A DNA stretch of 64,000 nt from Minisyncoccota bacterium. Lineage in GTDB: Bacteria; Patescibacteriota; Minisyncoccia; Phycocordibacterales; SBAW01. This document shows, one piece after another, positions 10,720-24,920 of this stretch. The notes under the pieces were generated by a model that worked only from the letters and a program-made list of their open reading frames with translations, was not told the DNA's origin and made no database searches. Location: NCBI GenBank assembly GCA_035549255.1, contig DASZRD010000004.1:72667-136666 (forward strand), written 5' to 3'. Position 1 is the first letter of the stretch. Each line of letters opens with the position of its first letter. Position numbers and translations under genes: made by a program.

Positions 10720-11337
10720 CTAAGCCTTGTGGTGATGTGCGTCTAACTTCTCGTAGACGTGCGCGTAGGCGATCATGGTGACCGGGATCGTGACGAGAAG
10801 CCCGACCATGAAGACCATCGCGCCTACGATGTTGATGAGGCTGATGACGATGATGAAACCGAGCAGCTGCCACTTGACCCCATCGGTTATCTTGCCGCTC
10901 TTCTTGATGCTCCCCGTAATACCCGCGCCCTCGAGCACGGCGTAGCGCACCATCGAGAAGCGCAGCGCCAGATAAATGCCGGGGATGATAAGGAGGATCA
11001 GGCCGAGCACGGTGATAAAGCCGGCAAGCACGGATGCCGCGAGATACTGCCAGCAGAGCTTCGCGGGCGGGAACGCGTCATTGTAGGAGACCTGCTGCCC
11101 TTTGGCGATCTTGAGCGAGATGAGTGTGAGGCCGATGCCCATGACTATCTGCGCAATCACGAGCGCTGCGACCGCAAGCCAGCCAATGAGCGTGTTGGGC
11201 AGCGTAGCTTGCACGATCGCCTGCGCGACCTGAAGCGCGAAAAGGCTTAAGACCACTTGAAATACGACCTTGCTGTGCGCCTTAGTCTGTGCCCAGCCGA
11301 ATTTGAGCGCCTCTCTTATGGAAAAGGTGAATGGCAT
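10720..11337 (-). CDS. multi-pass membrane protein (DUF975/YciC-like)
   Basis: FSIREALKFGW, LGLILLIIPGIYLALRFS, GLLVTIPV...AYAHVY. Confidence 0.8.
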   Translation of the reverse strand: MPFTFSIREALKFGWAQTKAHSKVVFQVVLSLFALQVAQAIVQATLPNTLIGWLAVAALVIAQIVMGIGLTLISLKIAKGQQVSYNDAFPPAKLCWQYLAASVLAGFITVLGLILLIIPGIYLALRFSMVRYAVLEGAGITGSIKKSGKITDGVKWQLLGFIIVISLINIVGAMVFMVGLLVTIPVTMIAYAHVYEKLDAHHHKA

Positions 11338-11411
11338 AGATAGTGGTTACTCTATAAGCAGTTTGTAGTATAGCACTTCCCTGTGGTATACTATAGTATA
11401 CGTTTCGACAT

Positions 11412-11483
11412 AGCGGGGTGGAGCAGTAGTAGCTCGCAAGGCTCATAACCTTGAGGTCGCAGGTGCAAGTCCTGCCCCCGCAA
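11412..11483 (+). tRNA. initiator tRNA-fMet(CAT)
   Basis: AGCGGGG-TG-GAGCAG...AGCTCG-CAAGG-CTCATAA-CCTTG...CCCCGCA-A. The 1:72 mismatch and GAGC/GCTC D stem are typical of initiators. Confidence 0.9.
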
Positions 11484-11492
11484 CAAGTTTTG

Positions 11493-11518
11493 AAAAAGCG
11501 CCGTCTTGGGCGCTTTTT
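11493..11518. terminator. bidirectional intrinsic terminator
   Basis: AAAAAGCGCC-GTCTTG-GGCGCTTTTT between the convergent tRNA and CDS. Confidence 0.75.
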
Positions 11519-11520
11519 CT

Positions 11521-12183
11521 TTATATATAGTGGAATTCTTCGAAGACTCTGCGGTAGAGGTCTATCGTCGCGTTCGCCTCGCGCTGGGAGAGATGATACC
11601 CTTCGCCGCCATGCGCGATGTCGTTGCGGACTTTGTGCGCCTTCCAGGCCAGGTCGAGCGTCGTGAACTGAAGCGGGTTGGCGTCGCGCAGCCGCTCCCC
11701 AACACTATCGCCGCGATAGCCGAGGCTCTTGAGCATGTCGCCGAGCATGATATCGGCCTCGAGGATGGCGCGGCGCCAATCGCTCTCGTTGCCGGAGGCC
11801 GCAAGCACGAAGACGCGATCCCATTGCGCGTTCTTAGGCACGGCTTCGGCGGCATGCGCCTCGATTTGCGCATGCTCGTGCGCTTCGTGGCCATGATACC
11901 CTTCGTGCTCGACGACTAGGAGCCGCACGCGCACCCAGATAGCCAGCACCACGAGCGCAACGGCAACTGTCATGCCGATAAGCGCGATGACGCCGGTTGT
12001 TGAGGTGAAGAGCGCGCCTACGTTTGAAAAGATGCCGGTATGCGCTGCCTCACCGCCATTGGCAATGGTACTGCTCGCACCGTCGGCAGGGATCGATATG
12101 CCGAGCCAGGCGAGGATCGCGTAAAAGATATCGTACGCGCGCAGCAGCAGATACTCGAGATTAAGAAAATGAACTTGATCCAT
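11521..12183 (-). CDS. conserved hypothetical membrane protein
   Basis: TM followed by WRRAILEADIMLGDMLK..GYRGDSVGERL..AWKAHKVRNDIAH (HEPN/DUF4145-like RNxxxH motif). Confidence 0.8.
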   Translation of the reverse strand: MDQVHFLNLEYLLLRAYDIFYAILAWLGISIPADGASSTIANGGEAAHTGIFSNVGALFTSTTGVIALIGMTVAVALVVLAIWVRVRLLVVEHEGYHGHEAHEHAQIEAHAAEAVPKNAQWDRVFVLAASGNESDWRRAILEADIMLGDMLKSLGYRGDSVGERLRDANPLQFTTLDLAWKAHKVRNDIAHGGEGYHLSQREANATIDLYRRVFEEFHYI

Positions 12184-12193
12184 CCCCTACATT

Positions 12194-13606
12194 CTACCTC
12201 GACAAAATCGCGCCGAGATTAAAGAGCGACAAATCGTCGCCGTGCGCCGCGGTGAGCTGGATGCCAACGGGGAGCTGCTTGCCCTCGCGCTCGACCGCAC
12301 CCATGGGGACCGAGATCGCCGGGTTGCCCGTAAGGTTGGCCGTCACGGTAAAGATATCCATGAGATACATAGCGAGCGGATCGGATTTCTCGCCGACCTT
12401 GGGCGCAGGTGAAGGCGCGGTAGGCGTGGCGATAGCGTCAACGTCCTCAAGCGCGCGAGCCACTTCTGCTGCGAGCTGCGCGCGGGCGGTCGTCGCTTTG
12501 CCGTAATACGCATCGTAGTAGCCGGCGGAGAGGACATAGGTGCCGAGCATGATGCGGCGGCGCACCTCGGGGCCGAAGCCGTTCCCCCGGGTCTTGGCAT
12601 AATCTTCCCAAAGGTTGTCGCCTTTCTCAGAGAGGCCGTAGCGTATGCCGTCGAAGCGCGCGAGGTTGGCCGAGGCCTCCGCCGGCATGATGATGTAGTA
12701 GACCGCGAGCGCGAGCGCGGCAGACGGCAGCTCGATATCAACTATCTCGTAGCCCTGCTCGCGCAGCTTCCCGAGCCCGGCCTCGAACCTTTCGAGCACG
12801 TCGGCGTCGACGCCTTGCGACAGGAGCTGGCGCGGCACGCCGATGCGCTTTTTTGGCGCATGCGCGGGATACAGCGAGAGGTCGATCGATGTGCTGTCGA
12901 GCGCGTCACGGCCAAGCACGGCTTCATAGAGTACGCGTGCATCCTCAGGAGTTTTTGCAAATGGGCCGATCTGGTCGAGGCTGCTCCCCAGCGCCATAAG
13001 CCCCGAGCGCGACACTGCGCCGTAGGTAGGCTTCATTCCCACAATGCCGCAGAAGCTCGCCGGCTCGCGGATAGAGCCGCCGGTGTCGCTGCCCAAGGCG
13101 CCCAGCGCCATACCCGCTGCCACGGCCGCGGCGGACCCGCCCGAGGAACCGCCGGCCACGCGCGCAATGTCAGCTGGATTGCGCGTGGGCCCAAACGCGG
13201 AGTTCTCCGTCGAGCCGCCCATCGCAAATTCGTCCATATTAGTGCGGCCGAGGAATACGGCACCCATCTCCTTGAGCTTGGTGATCGCTATCGCGTCGTA
13301 ACTCGCAACATAGTTCTCGAGGATTTTCGATGCAGCGGATGCGCGCTTCCCTTCTATTAAAATATTGTCTTTGATCGCAAGCGGGATGCCGAGGAGCGGC
13401 GTCGTCTCGCCCTTGGCGATCCGATCGTCGGCGCGCTTGGCTTGTTCCTCGATGTCGTCGAAGACCTCAAGGTACACGTTGAGCTCCTTGTTGCGCGCAT
13501 CGATATTGGCTTTGCAGGCGCGCGCGAGGTCGAGCGCGGTGATCTCGCGTGCGTCAAGCTTCTTTCGGGCTTCTGCTATGGAAAGTCTCGCAAGATCGTT
13601 ACTCAT
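12194..13606 (-). CDS. gatA: Asp/Glu-tRNA amidotransferase subunit A
   Basis: GGSSGGSAAAV, GSDTGGSIREPA, GPEVRRRIMLGTYVLSAGYYDAYY. Confidence 0.97.
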   Translation of the reverse strand: MSNDLARLSIAEARKKLDAREITALDLARACKANIDARNKELNVYLEVFDDIEEQAKRADDRIAKGETTPLLGIPLAIKDNILIEGKRASAASKILENYVASYDAIAITKLKEMGAVFLGRTNMDEFAMGGSTENSAFGPTRNPADIARVAGGSSGGSAAAVAAGMALGALGSDTGGSIREPASFCGIVGMKPTYGAVSRSGLMALGSSLDQIGPFAKTPEDARVLYEAVLGRDALDSTSIDLSLYPAHAPKKRIGVPRQLLSQGVDADVLERFEAGLGKLREQGYEIVDIELPSAALALAVYYIIMPAEASANLARFDGIRYGLSEKGDNLWEDYAKTRGNGFGPEVRRRIMLGTYVLSAGYYDAYYGKATTARAQLAAEVARALEDVDAIATPTAPSPAPKVGEKSDPLAMYLMDIFTVTANLTGNPAISVPMGAVEREGKQLPVGIQLTAAHGDDLSLFNLGAILSR

Positions 13607-13898
13607 CTTTTTGGATTATCTTGCGCACGACGTTGTACGCGCCCTCGCGTTTGGGGAACGCAGCGCGCAGCGCCTCTTCCTTGCCAAGGAGCGTGTCTCC
13701 CTCGGTACGCGGAGCGTCCGCGCGCATGACGTTGTGATTCTGCGGTACCGCGCCCGCCTCTGCAGCCGGCACGCCCGAGACTTGCCCGACATATTCGAGG
13801 ATATTCGAAATATCCTTCTGAAGATTGGCCCTCTCTTCCTCGGCAAGCGTGAGCCGCGCGAGCTCCGCGAGGCCGTCGATCTCTTCCTTTGATATCAT
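13599..13898 (-). CDS. gatC: Asp/Glu-tRNA amidotransferase subunit C
   Basis: ISKEEIDGLAELARL...ILEYVGQV...NVMRAD. Overlaps the gatA start. Confidence 0.93.
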   Translation of the reverse strand: MISKEEIDGLAELARLTLAEEERANLQKDISNILEYVGQVSGVPAAEAGAVPQNHNVMRADAPRTEGDTLLGKEEALRAAFPKREGAYNVVRKIIQKDE

Positions 13899-13913
13899 GC
13901 TGCCTATACTAGC

Positions 13914-16503
<2,590 letters not shown>

Positions 16504-16504
16504 A

Positions 16505-17101
16505 TCATTCCCAATCGAACATGTCCTCGGTCAGCACGACGGAGTGCGACAGGCTGCCAGCATCGGTCCACGATACGGTAACCGTAAGCAGGGCCTCGGT
16601 CGGCGTGGATGCGGAGTAGACGATTTTTACGCTGCGCAAGAATGTGGTTGTGATGCACGACGTGCCAGAGCACGATGTATAGGGAGATTTAAGTGGGACT
16701 GACACATAATAGCCGCGGCCTGAAGCGCCGTCGTATTTGATGGGGCTTGAACACGATGCCGGCGTACCCAAACAGGAGCCGGTCTGGTTTGTCCTGCTGT
16801 CGATATAGCACGCGGCGCTACCATCAGTACTTACGCACGGCGTAAGCGGAGCGCCACTAACACCAGCAAGCCACGCGGGCGGCGTACCGGTCGACGCGCA
16901 CGGCGTGGACGGCAGGCAGCTGCTGTCGCGCTCGAAGCGCACGAACTCCACCGCGTCCTGCGCGAGATAGTAGGCAATGATCTGGTCCTTGGCGATCTGT
17001 GCGGCATTGGCGCCGCGCGCCGCGATCGTGAGCGGCCCGGCGATAGCTATGCTGAGCAGCAGCACAGCGACGAGAGTTTCGATGAGGGTAAAGCCTTTCA
17101 T
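16505..17101 (-). CDS. type IV minor pilin (PilV-like)
   Basis: KGFTLIETLVAVLLL prepilin cleavage motif. Confidence 0.88.
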   Translation of the reverse strand: MKGFTLIETLVAVLLLSIAIAGPLTIAARGANAAQIAKDQIIAYYLAQDAVEFVRFERDSSCLPSTPCASTGTPPAWLAGVSGAPLTPCVSTDGSAACYIDSRTNQTGSCLGTPASCSSPIKYDGASGRGYYVSVPLKSPYTSCSGTSCITTTFLRSVKIVYSASTPTEALLTVTVSWTDAGSLSHSVVLTEDMFDWE

Positions 17102-17102
17102 A

Positions 17103-17768
17103 TTATTGGTCAAAGACGCGCTGGGTGACGGTCGTCTGTATATTGAATGCGCTCTGCTGCGTGTCGCTTACCTGCGCGTAGCCGCTCAACGTAATCGCAA
17201 CCTTGGGTTGGAATGCGTCGGCGGCGCCGGAGTTACAACCTGACGACGGGTTCGAGGCGCAGGAACCGATGGTATAGAACGTAAGGTTCGTAATGAACAC
17301 GTCGGGGCTTGTGATCTGAAGCCAGCCGCTGTCGTAGGAAGCCGTGTTGGTAATACGTCGCTTAATACACCCTGCTGTGGCGCCCGTCTGTCCGCAGCCG
17401 GACGCGGTAGAGACAAGCTGATATTCAACTGTACAGACAGTGCCTTGCGCACAGCCCTGTAGAGAGCCGGGTATGCCTTGGAAGGCGAAATAAGGCTGGC
17501 CGCTCGAATACGGGTTGTCTCCCGAATATCCGCAGTCCTGCGGAGAAGTCACCGTGCCGGAGATACCGCAGTGATAATTGATGCCGGTGCGTATGGAACG
17601 CGTCATGGAGTCGAGCGCGAAGCTCAGGTTGCTCACGGCCGTGCGGATCGTCTCGGCCTTGCGCTCGGCGGTGGAGATCGACAGGAGCGAGCCGAGCGCG
17701 AGCGTCATCACGACCGAGAAGATCGCGACTGACACCATAAGCTCGATAAGCGTGAATCCCCTCTTCAT
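17103..17768 (-). CDS. type IV minor pilin (PilW-like)
   Basis: KRGFTLIELMVSVAIF. Confidence 0.88.
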   Translation of the reverse strand: MKRGFTLIELMVSVAIFSVVMTLALGSLLSISTAERKAETIRTAVSNLSFALDSMTRSIRTGINYHCGISGTVTSPQDCGYSGDNPYSSGQPYFAFQGIPGSLQGCAQGTVCTVEYQLVSTASGCGQTGATAGCIKRRITNTASYDSGWLQITSPDVFITNLTFYTIGSCASNPSSGCNSGAADAFQPKVAITLSGYAQVSDTQQSAFNIQTTVTQRVFDQ

Positions 17769-17771
17769 ACA

Positions 17772-18431
17772 TCAGCAGCCGCTCACGGCGGCATTGAGGC
17801 CGGTAACGAGGATCTGCCCCGCCGTGGTTACCTCGATATTGCGGAAGTTGGTGAGGTCGGGGCCCTCGATCTCTACATAGGCCGCGCAATAGGTATGACC
17901 TGTCGCATCGGTAGCGAACTGCGCATCGGTGTTGGGCCGCTTGAAGTAGATCCCAAGAGAGGTAATAGTCGTGCCTCCTCCGCTGCTGTCGCTGCAATCC
18001 TGCGTATTGGCGTCGACCACGCCGCAGAACTTCACCACGCCGTAGCCCGGGGAAATTTTGAATTGCTGTACCTGCTCGCCGGAAGCAGAGTCGTAGAGGC
18101 CGTTAGCATTGATGTCAGCGAAGAGCGTGTAGTAATTGTTAGTGAGGTCGCCAGTCGTAAACGATACGCCGTAGCTGTAGGAAAAGCCGCCGGCTGTCGT
18201 GCCGAATTGGCGCACGCTCGTGCCGTACACCTGCGCTTGCTGCACCGAGAGTGCGATGCTATAGGCCAGGCTGCGCAGCAGGGTCGAACTGTCGAACTTC
18301 TTCTGCTGTAGGAGGAGCACGGCGGTAAGGACCGTCATAATCGCCACGACGACCATAAGCTCGATAAGCGTAAATCCTCGAGGCCCCCTAGCCTTGGAAG
18401 AGGAATGCGACTGAGGAGAAGAAATCCACAT
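17772..18431 (-). CDS. type IV minor pilin (FimT/GspH-like)
   Basis: RGFTLIELMVVVAIM. The likely start overlaps the 3' end of pilD. Confidence 0.85.
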   Translation of the reverse strand: MWISSPQSHSSSKARGPRGFTLIELMVVVAIMTVLTAVLLLQQKKFDSSTLLRSLAYSIALSVQQAQVYGTSVRQFGTTAGGFSYSYGVSFTTGDLTNNYYTLFADINANGLYDSASGEQVQQFKISPGYGVVKFCGVVDANTQDCSDSSGGGTTITSLGIYFKRPNTDAQFATDATGHTYCAAYVEIEGPDLTNFRNIEVTTAGQILVTGLNAAVSGC

Positions 18432-19176
18432 GGAAGAAGTACACCGCGAGCGCGCCAAGGACGAGGAAGGGCGCGAACGGGAGCTCACTCTTCATTGTAA
18501 GGCCTTTTTTAAGGAGCATGAGGAGAATCCCCACCGCGGCGCCGATCCAGAACGCGAGCATGAGCGCCGTTGCACCCATAGAGAGGCCGAGCATCCAGCC
18601 GAGGCTTACCTCAAGCGCGCCGTCGCCCCAGCCCATCCACCGCCCGTGCGAGACAAGGGAGAGGAGGGTCAGAGGGGCGGCGAGTATCGGCCCGGCGAGG
18701 AGCGCCCAGATATCGGGCCGCACGAGGTGGATAGAGAACCAGTCAAAGGACACGAAGAGTGCCGCAAAAGTAAGGACTGCGAGGAGGATTGAGCACGACC
18801 AGGGGATGATCGTGTGCTTGAGGTCGTATACGACGACAAAAAGATATGTCATCCACACCACGAGCCAGAAAGCGTACGAGAGCGGCTCGGGATGCGCGAG
18901 GTAGACCATGAGCGAGAGTATCGCGGCGGCAATTTCGACGAGCGGGTTCTGGATGCTGATGCGCGCAGAGCAGTAGCGGCACCGCCCGCCAAGGAAGACG
19001 AACGAGAATACCGGCACGAGGTCGAGCGGCGAGAGCGTGTGCCCGCACGTGTCGCAGGATGACCGCCCACCCATCCCCCGCCCCGTGTTGAAGCGGTACG
19101 AGAGAGCGTTGAGGAAGCTCCCGAGTATGGCACCCAATACGACAGCCGTAACAGGAAGAATGAAGTCTATCTGCAT
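18388..19176 (-). CDS. pilD: prepilin peptidase
   Basis: GSFLN, RSSCDTCGHTL..DLVPVFSF..LGGRCRYC, YDLKH, MGWGD, LPFAPFL. Confidence 0.95.
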   Translation of the reverse strand: MQIDFILPVTAVVLGAILGSFLNALSYRFNTGRGMGGRSSCDTCGHTLSPLDLVPVFSFVFLGGRCRYCSARISIQNPLVEIAAAILSLMVYLAHPEPLSYAFWLVVWMTYLFVVVYDLKHTIIPWSCSILLAVLTFAALFVSFDWFSIHLVRPDIWALLAGPILAAPLTLLSLVSHGRWMGWGDGALEVSLGWMLGLSMGATALMLAFWIGAAVGILLMLLKKGLTMKSELPFAPFLVLGALAVYFFHVDFFSSVAFLFQG

Positions 19177-19724
19177 CAGTTATTTGTTACGTCGTAGCAC
19201 TGGTCTGCACCAGCGCCTGCCGCCGTACTATTGCAATCTATCGAATTGCCGAGAAAGTCGCCGTTTGGATTGCTATAGCCGGTACATACCGCATATCCCG
19301 ACGGCACACTATTATAATTTACATCGTCGCCCAGCGTAGCAGTATTAAGAGTATTTTCAAGCAGCGCTCCAAGATGATATTTGATAGGGGGATAACTCAC
19401 ATTGGAACACAATCCTGATCCAGCACTTGTATCATATGCGCGATATATATATGCAGTGTTATTCGGATCTTGCGGCACAACAGACATGTAAGAGGGCGCA
19501 AGTGATGATAAAGTCGTCGGATATTTATTATTGTCGTTATAATACTCTGCAAGCGCTATCTGAATGTTCTTAATATCGCTGATGCGCTTGGCGTCGCGGC
19601 CTTTACTCTTGGCGCCGCCGAGACTCACGAGCACGATGCTCGAGAGTATGCCGATGATGGCGATCACGACCATAAGCTCAATCAAAGTAAAGCCCCTGTC
19701 TTTAGAAGAAAAAAGTCTATACAT
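19176..19724 (-). CDS. type IV pilin / GspG-like protein
   Basis: RGFTLIELMVVIAIIGILSSIVL...RDAKRISDIK. Confidence 0.9.
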   Translation of the reverse strand: MYRLFSSKDRGFTLIELMVVIAIIGILSSIVLVSLGGAKSKGRDAKRISDIKNIQIALAEYYNDNNKYPTTLSSLAPSYMSVVPQDPNNTAYIYRAYDTSAGSGLCSNVSYPPIKYHLGALLENTLNTATLGDDVNYNSVPSGYAVCTGYSNPNGDFLGNSIDCNSTAAGAGADQCYDVTNN

Positions 19725-19748
19725 GTAGTATTAAGTATACAGGCAAAA

Positions 19749-19780
19749 ACAAAATCCCCAGGCTCTCCTGGGGATTTTGT
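19749..19780. terminator. intrinsic terminator after the major pilin gene
   Basis: Perfect stem ACAAAATCCCCAGG-CTCT-CCTGGGGATTTTGT. Confidence 0.8.
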
Positions 19781-19799
19781 AATACTATCAATATGGATT

Positions 19800-20309
19800 C
19801 TACTGACAGACAGTGGCGGCGGCGGCGGATTTAGGATTACCACTACCTGTGAGAGCAGTCGCCGAAGGATATGTCTTTGACTGACCAGTGTAATCAACAC
19901 AGATATAACCGGCTCCACTGGGGAGCTTGGCAGCCACAGCCCACTGAGTCGCAGTGACTCCGCAGTCTATATTACCTGATCCTCCAACTTGGCTCTGGGT
20001 ACTGGTTATGAGGGTGAGCATATTCGAAGCCGTATTGGTCCATATGCCCGATGCGCCGCTACCAGTACAGGCTGCGCCTGTCTGAGTGCCGCTCAAATAA
20101 GAATTGCTATTTGAACTATAGAATATCTCTGCTGCGGTTCTGATGCTACTCATCTGCTCTTCAACTGCAGCATCTTGGCCCTTGCTGCGTGCATTGCCGA
20201 GGCTGGCGAGGACGATACCGGCCAAAATGCCGATGATGGCGATCACGACCAAGAGTTCGATAAGGGTGAAGCCCTTGTTGCGACCCGTTATATGACCTTT
20301 AAACAACAT
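19800..20309 (-). CDS. probable major type IV pilin
   Basis: KGFTLIELLVVIAIIGILAGIVL, C-terminal cysteines. Has its own promoter (TATACT near 20372, minus strand) and terminator. Confidence 0.88.
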   Translation of the reverse strand: MLFKGHITGRNKGFTLIELLVVIAIIGILAGIVLASLGNARSKGQDAAVEEQMSSIRTAAEIFYSSNSNSYLSGTQTGAACTGSGASGIWTNTASNMLTLITSTQSQVGGSGNIDCGVTATQWAVAAKLPSGAGYICVDYTGQSKTYPSATALTGSGNPKSAAAATVCQ

Positions 20310-20427
20310 AGGAATATATCCGAATTTATTAATAATTTTTAATAATCAACGTTAAATTGCGGATGCCTTAAGTATAATCTCCTTATTTCTGGCTCAACTC
20401 CCCCGTGTGGATATCTTCATCCCCCGT

Positions 20428-21642
20428 TTATACGCTGCCGGCGCTGTTGTAGATCGGGAGGAGGACAGAGGCGAGCAGGAAGCCGACGCCGAGCGCGAGC
20501 AATATGATGAGCGCCGGCTCAATGAGGGAGACGAGTGTGTCGACCGCCGCGTTGACCTCGCGGTCGTAGAACTTGGCGAGGCGCTCGAGGATCGGCCCCA
20601 GTTCGCCGGTCTCCTCGCCGATCTGGATCATCTGCACCATGATCGCGGGGACTTCTTTGGGATAGTTGTTAAGCGCCTGGGACATGGGGCTGCCCGCTTT
20701 CACGGCCTCCAGAGCGTCGTGCAGCACGCCTTCGTAGACGGAGTTGCCCACCACCGTGGAGGTGATCTCGAGCGCCCGCACCGCCGAGATGCCCGAGGTA
20801 AGCATCACGTGCATGTTGTCGGCGATGCGGGCGAGAAAGAGCTTCTGATAGAGCTTGCCGATGACTGGGAGCGAGAGCTCGAAGTGGTCGACGGCGAACT
20901 TGCCTTGCGGCGTGCGCGCAAAGCGGAAAAGGAAGAACCCGCCGATGATGATCGCGATCAGGAGAAAAATACCGTAGTCGGTGAGGAAATTGCTGAACCC
21001 GAGCACGACCTGCGTAATGAACGGCAGGCTCTGCCCCGAGTCGGCGATGATGGCGCCGATCTTGGGGATGACGACCGTAAGCATGAGCGTCATGACGGCT
21101 ATGAAGGTCAGCATGATGAACCCCGGGTAGACGAGCGCGTTACGGGCCTTGGAAGTCAGCTCGTAGGAACGGTCGATATAGTCGGCAAGGAAGAGGAAGG
21201 TCTGGTCGAGCTTGCCGGACTCCTCCCCCGCGCGCACCATATTAACGTAGAAGTCGGAGAAGACCTTCGGGTGCTTGGCGAGCGCCTTGGAGATCGAGCT
21301 TCCGGCCTGGAGCTCGTCGCTGATATCGACAAGCGTGTTGCGGATCACCGGCTTTTCAGCCTGCTCGGAGAGGAGCTTGAAGACGCGCAAGGCGGATACC
21401 TGCGCTTCGAAGAGGGTCGCTATCTGGCGCGAAAGGAGCACCAGGTCGCGGTTGGAGACGCCGCCGAAGATCGTGATGCCGCCGATATTGGCGAGCATTC
21501 CTTTAGCTCCCCCGGACGAGAAGGCGGTTATGGTGAGCCCCTTGCGCTGCAAGGTTACGATAGCGGCGTCCTGATTGGCAGCGTTTACGATGCCGCTTAC
21601 CGGCTTGCCATTGCTATCGAGCGCTTCGTACTTGAATTCCAT
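20428..21642 (-). CDS. pilC: type IV pilus platform protein (T2SS F family)
   Basis: HPKVFSDFYVNMVRAGEESGKLD, QMIQIGEETGEL, LIEP. Confidence 0.95.
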   Translation of the reverse strand: MEFKYEALDSNGKPVSGIVNAANQDAAIVTLQRKGLTITAFSSGGAKGMLANIGGITIFGGVSNRDLVLLSRQIATLFEAQVSALRVFKLLSEQAEKPVIRNTLVDISDELQAGSSISKALAKHPKVFSDFYVNMVRAGEESGKLDQTFLFLADYIDRSYELTSKARNALVYPGFIMLTFIAVMTLMLTVVIPKIGAIIADSGQSLPFITQVVLGFSNFLTDYGIFLLIAIIIGGFFLFRFARTPQGKFAVDHFELSLPVIGKLYQKLFLARIADNMHVMLTSGISAVRALEITSTVVGNSVYEGVLHDALEAVKAGSPMSQALNNYPKEVPAIMVQMIQIGEETGELGPILERLAKFYDREVNAAVDTLVSLIEPALIILLALGVGFLLASVLLPIYNSAGSV

Positions 21643-21649
21643 ACATTGA

Positions 21650-22714
21650 TTATAAGAGGCGCTGCAGGGTCTGCGGGTTCCACGAGCGGGCGTAGGCGCT
21701 CTCGGCGGTGATCTCGCCGCTGCGCACCAGCTCCGCGAGGCTGCGGTTCATGTCGATCATGCCCTCGTCGGCGCCGGTCTCGATCACGGTCTGGATCTCA
21801 TGGCTGCGCTTCTCGCGGATGAGATTGGCAACCGCAGGGGTGGAGATGAGCAGTTCGTAGGCCGGGATAAGCCCGCCCGCGATGCGCGGGACAAGCCGCT
21901 GCGAGAATATCCCGGCGAGCGAGCCGGCGAGCTGGATGCGTATCTGCTCCTGCTGGGCCGCCGGGAAGGAGTCGATGATGCGGTCGATCGTCTGCGAAGC
22001 GTTGTTGGTATGCAGCGTGGAGAACACGAGGTGCCCTGTCTCGGCGGCGGTGACCGCAGTCGCCATGGTCTCGGGCGTGCGCATCTCGCCGATCATAAGC
22101 ACATCGACATCCTGGCGGAAGACGGACTGGAGCGCGATCTGGAAATCTGCGGTATCGACGCGCACCTCGCGCTGGTCGATAAGGGACTTCTTGTTTTCAA
22201 AAATATATTCGATCGGGTCCTCGATCGTGATGATGTGCTCGGAGCGCTCGTTGTTGATTTTCTCTATGAGCGCGGCGAGCGTCGTCGTCTTGCCCTGCCC
22301 TACCGGGCCCACGACCAGGAAGAACCCCTGCTGCCGCGTGGTGAATGACTCGAGCGCGGGCGGGAGATTAAGTTCGGCAATCGTGCGGATAACGCGAGGA
22401 ATGAGCCGGAGTGCCACGCTTACCTGCCCGCGCTCGATGTATGCGTTGCCGCGGAAGCGCGCCTTCTCGCCGTACGCGTACGAGAAGTCCGCTTCCTGCG
22501 TGTCGAAGAATTTCTTGACCTTCTCCGGCGGCAGCATCTCGCTCAGGAACCCGCGCATGTCCTCTGGCGTAAGGATAGGATCGGAGAGAAGGGGCGCCAG
22601 CGCGCCCGAGACGCGCATCACGGGCTGGATGCCAGCGCCGAGGTGAAGGTCGCTCGCGCCCTGCGCGATCACCTTTTCTATAAGTCCGGAAAGTCTCTCT
22701 TGGTACTGCGGCAT
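21650..22714 (-). CDS. pilT: type IV pilus retraction ATPase
   Basis: ASDLHL, GPVGQGKTTT, TIEDPIEY, AAETGHLVFSTLHT, ANLIRE. Confidence 0.95.
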   Translation of the reverse strand: MPQYQERLSGLIEKVIAQGASDLHLGAGIQPVMRVSGALAPLLSDPILTPEDMRGFLSEMLPPEKVKKFFDTQEADFSYAYGEKARFRGNAYIERGQVSVALRLIPRVIRTIAELNLPPALESFTTRQQGFFLVVGPVGQGKTTTLAALIEKINNERSEHIITIEDPIEYIFENKKSLIDQREVRVDTADFQIALQSVFRQDVDVLMIGEMRTPETMATAVTAAETGHLVFSTLHTNNASQTIDRIIDSFPAAQQEQIRIQLAGSLAGIFSQRLVPRIAGGLIPAYELLISTPAVANLIREKRSHEIQTVIETGADEGMIDMNRSLAELVRSGEITAESAYARSWNPQTLQRLL

Positions 22715-22716
22715 GG

Positions 22717-24606
<1,890 letters not shown>

Positions 24607-24623
24607 AGTCGTACATAGGCGCT

Positions 24624-24914
24624 CTAGATCGGCGAGAACGGATTCCTGCGGCCGACGCTCTCGGTCGGTATAGCGACGCTGTAGTCGGAGAGCGCGGTAA
24701 ACGTTGGGTCGCTGAAGATCGACGGATCGAGCTTGATCGTATTGAGGCTCGAAAGCGTCGAGAGCACGTCCGGCGAGAGTGGCGAGGTTGGCGATGCGGC
24801 TGTGAGAAGCGAGGAGGAGCCGCTGCCGCCGAAGAACGAGAAGTACGCCCACACCCCCAGAAGCAGGATGGCGATGATGCCGATATAGAGCTTGTTGTCT
24901 TTGATGAATTGCAT
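24624..24914 (-). CDS. small pilus accessory protein (PilP-like position)
   Basis: N-terminal TM, C-terminal GRRNPF motif, lies between pilO and pilB. Confidence 0.7.
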   Translation of the reverse strand: MQFIKDNKLYIGIIAILLLGVWAYFSFFGGSGSSSLLTAASPTSPLSPDVLSTLSSLNTIKLDPSIFSDPTFTALSDYSVAIPTESVGRRNPFSPI

Positions 24915-24920
24915 ACGCGG

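Noticed and set aside
24607-24852. N-terminal extension of pilB in the ORF track
   Set aside because: Overlaps the upstream 96-aa pilus gene in another frame. MDLIQ at 24606 is the plausible start.
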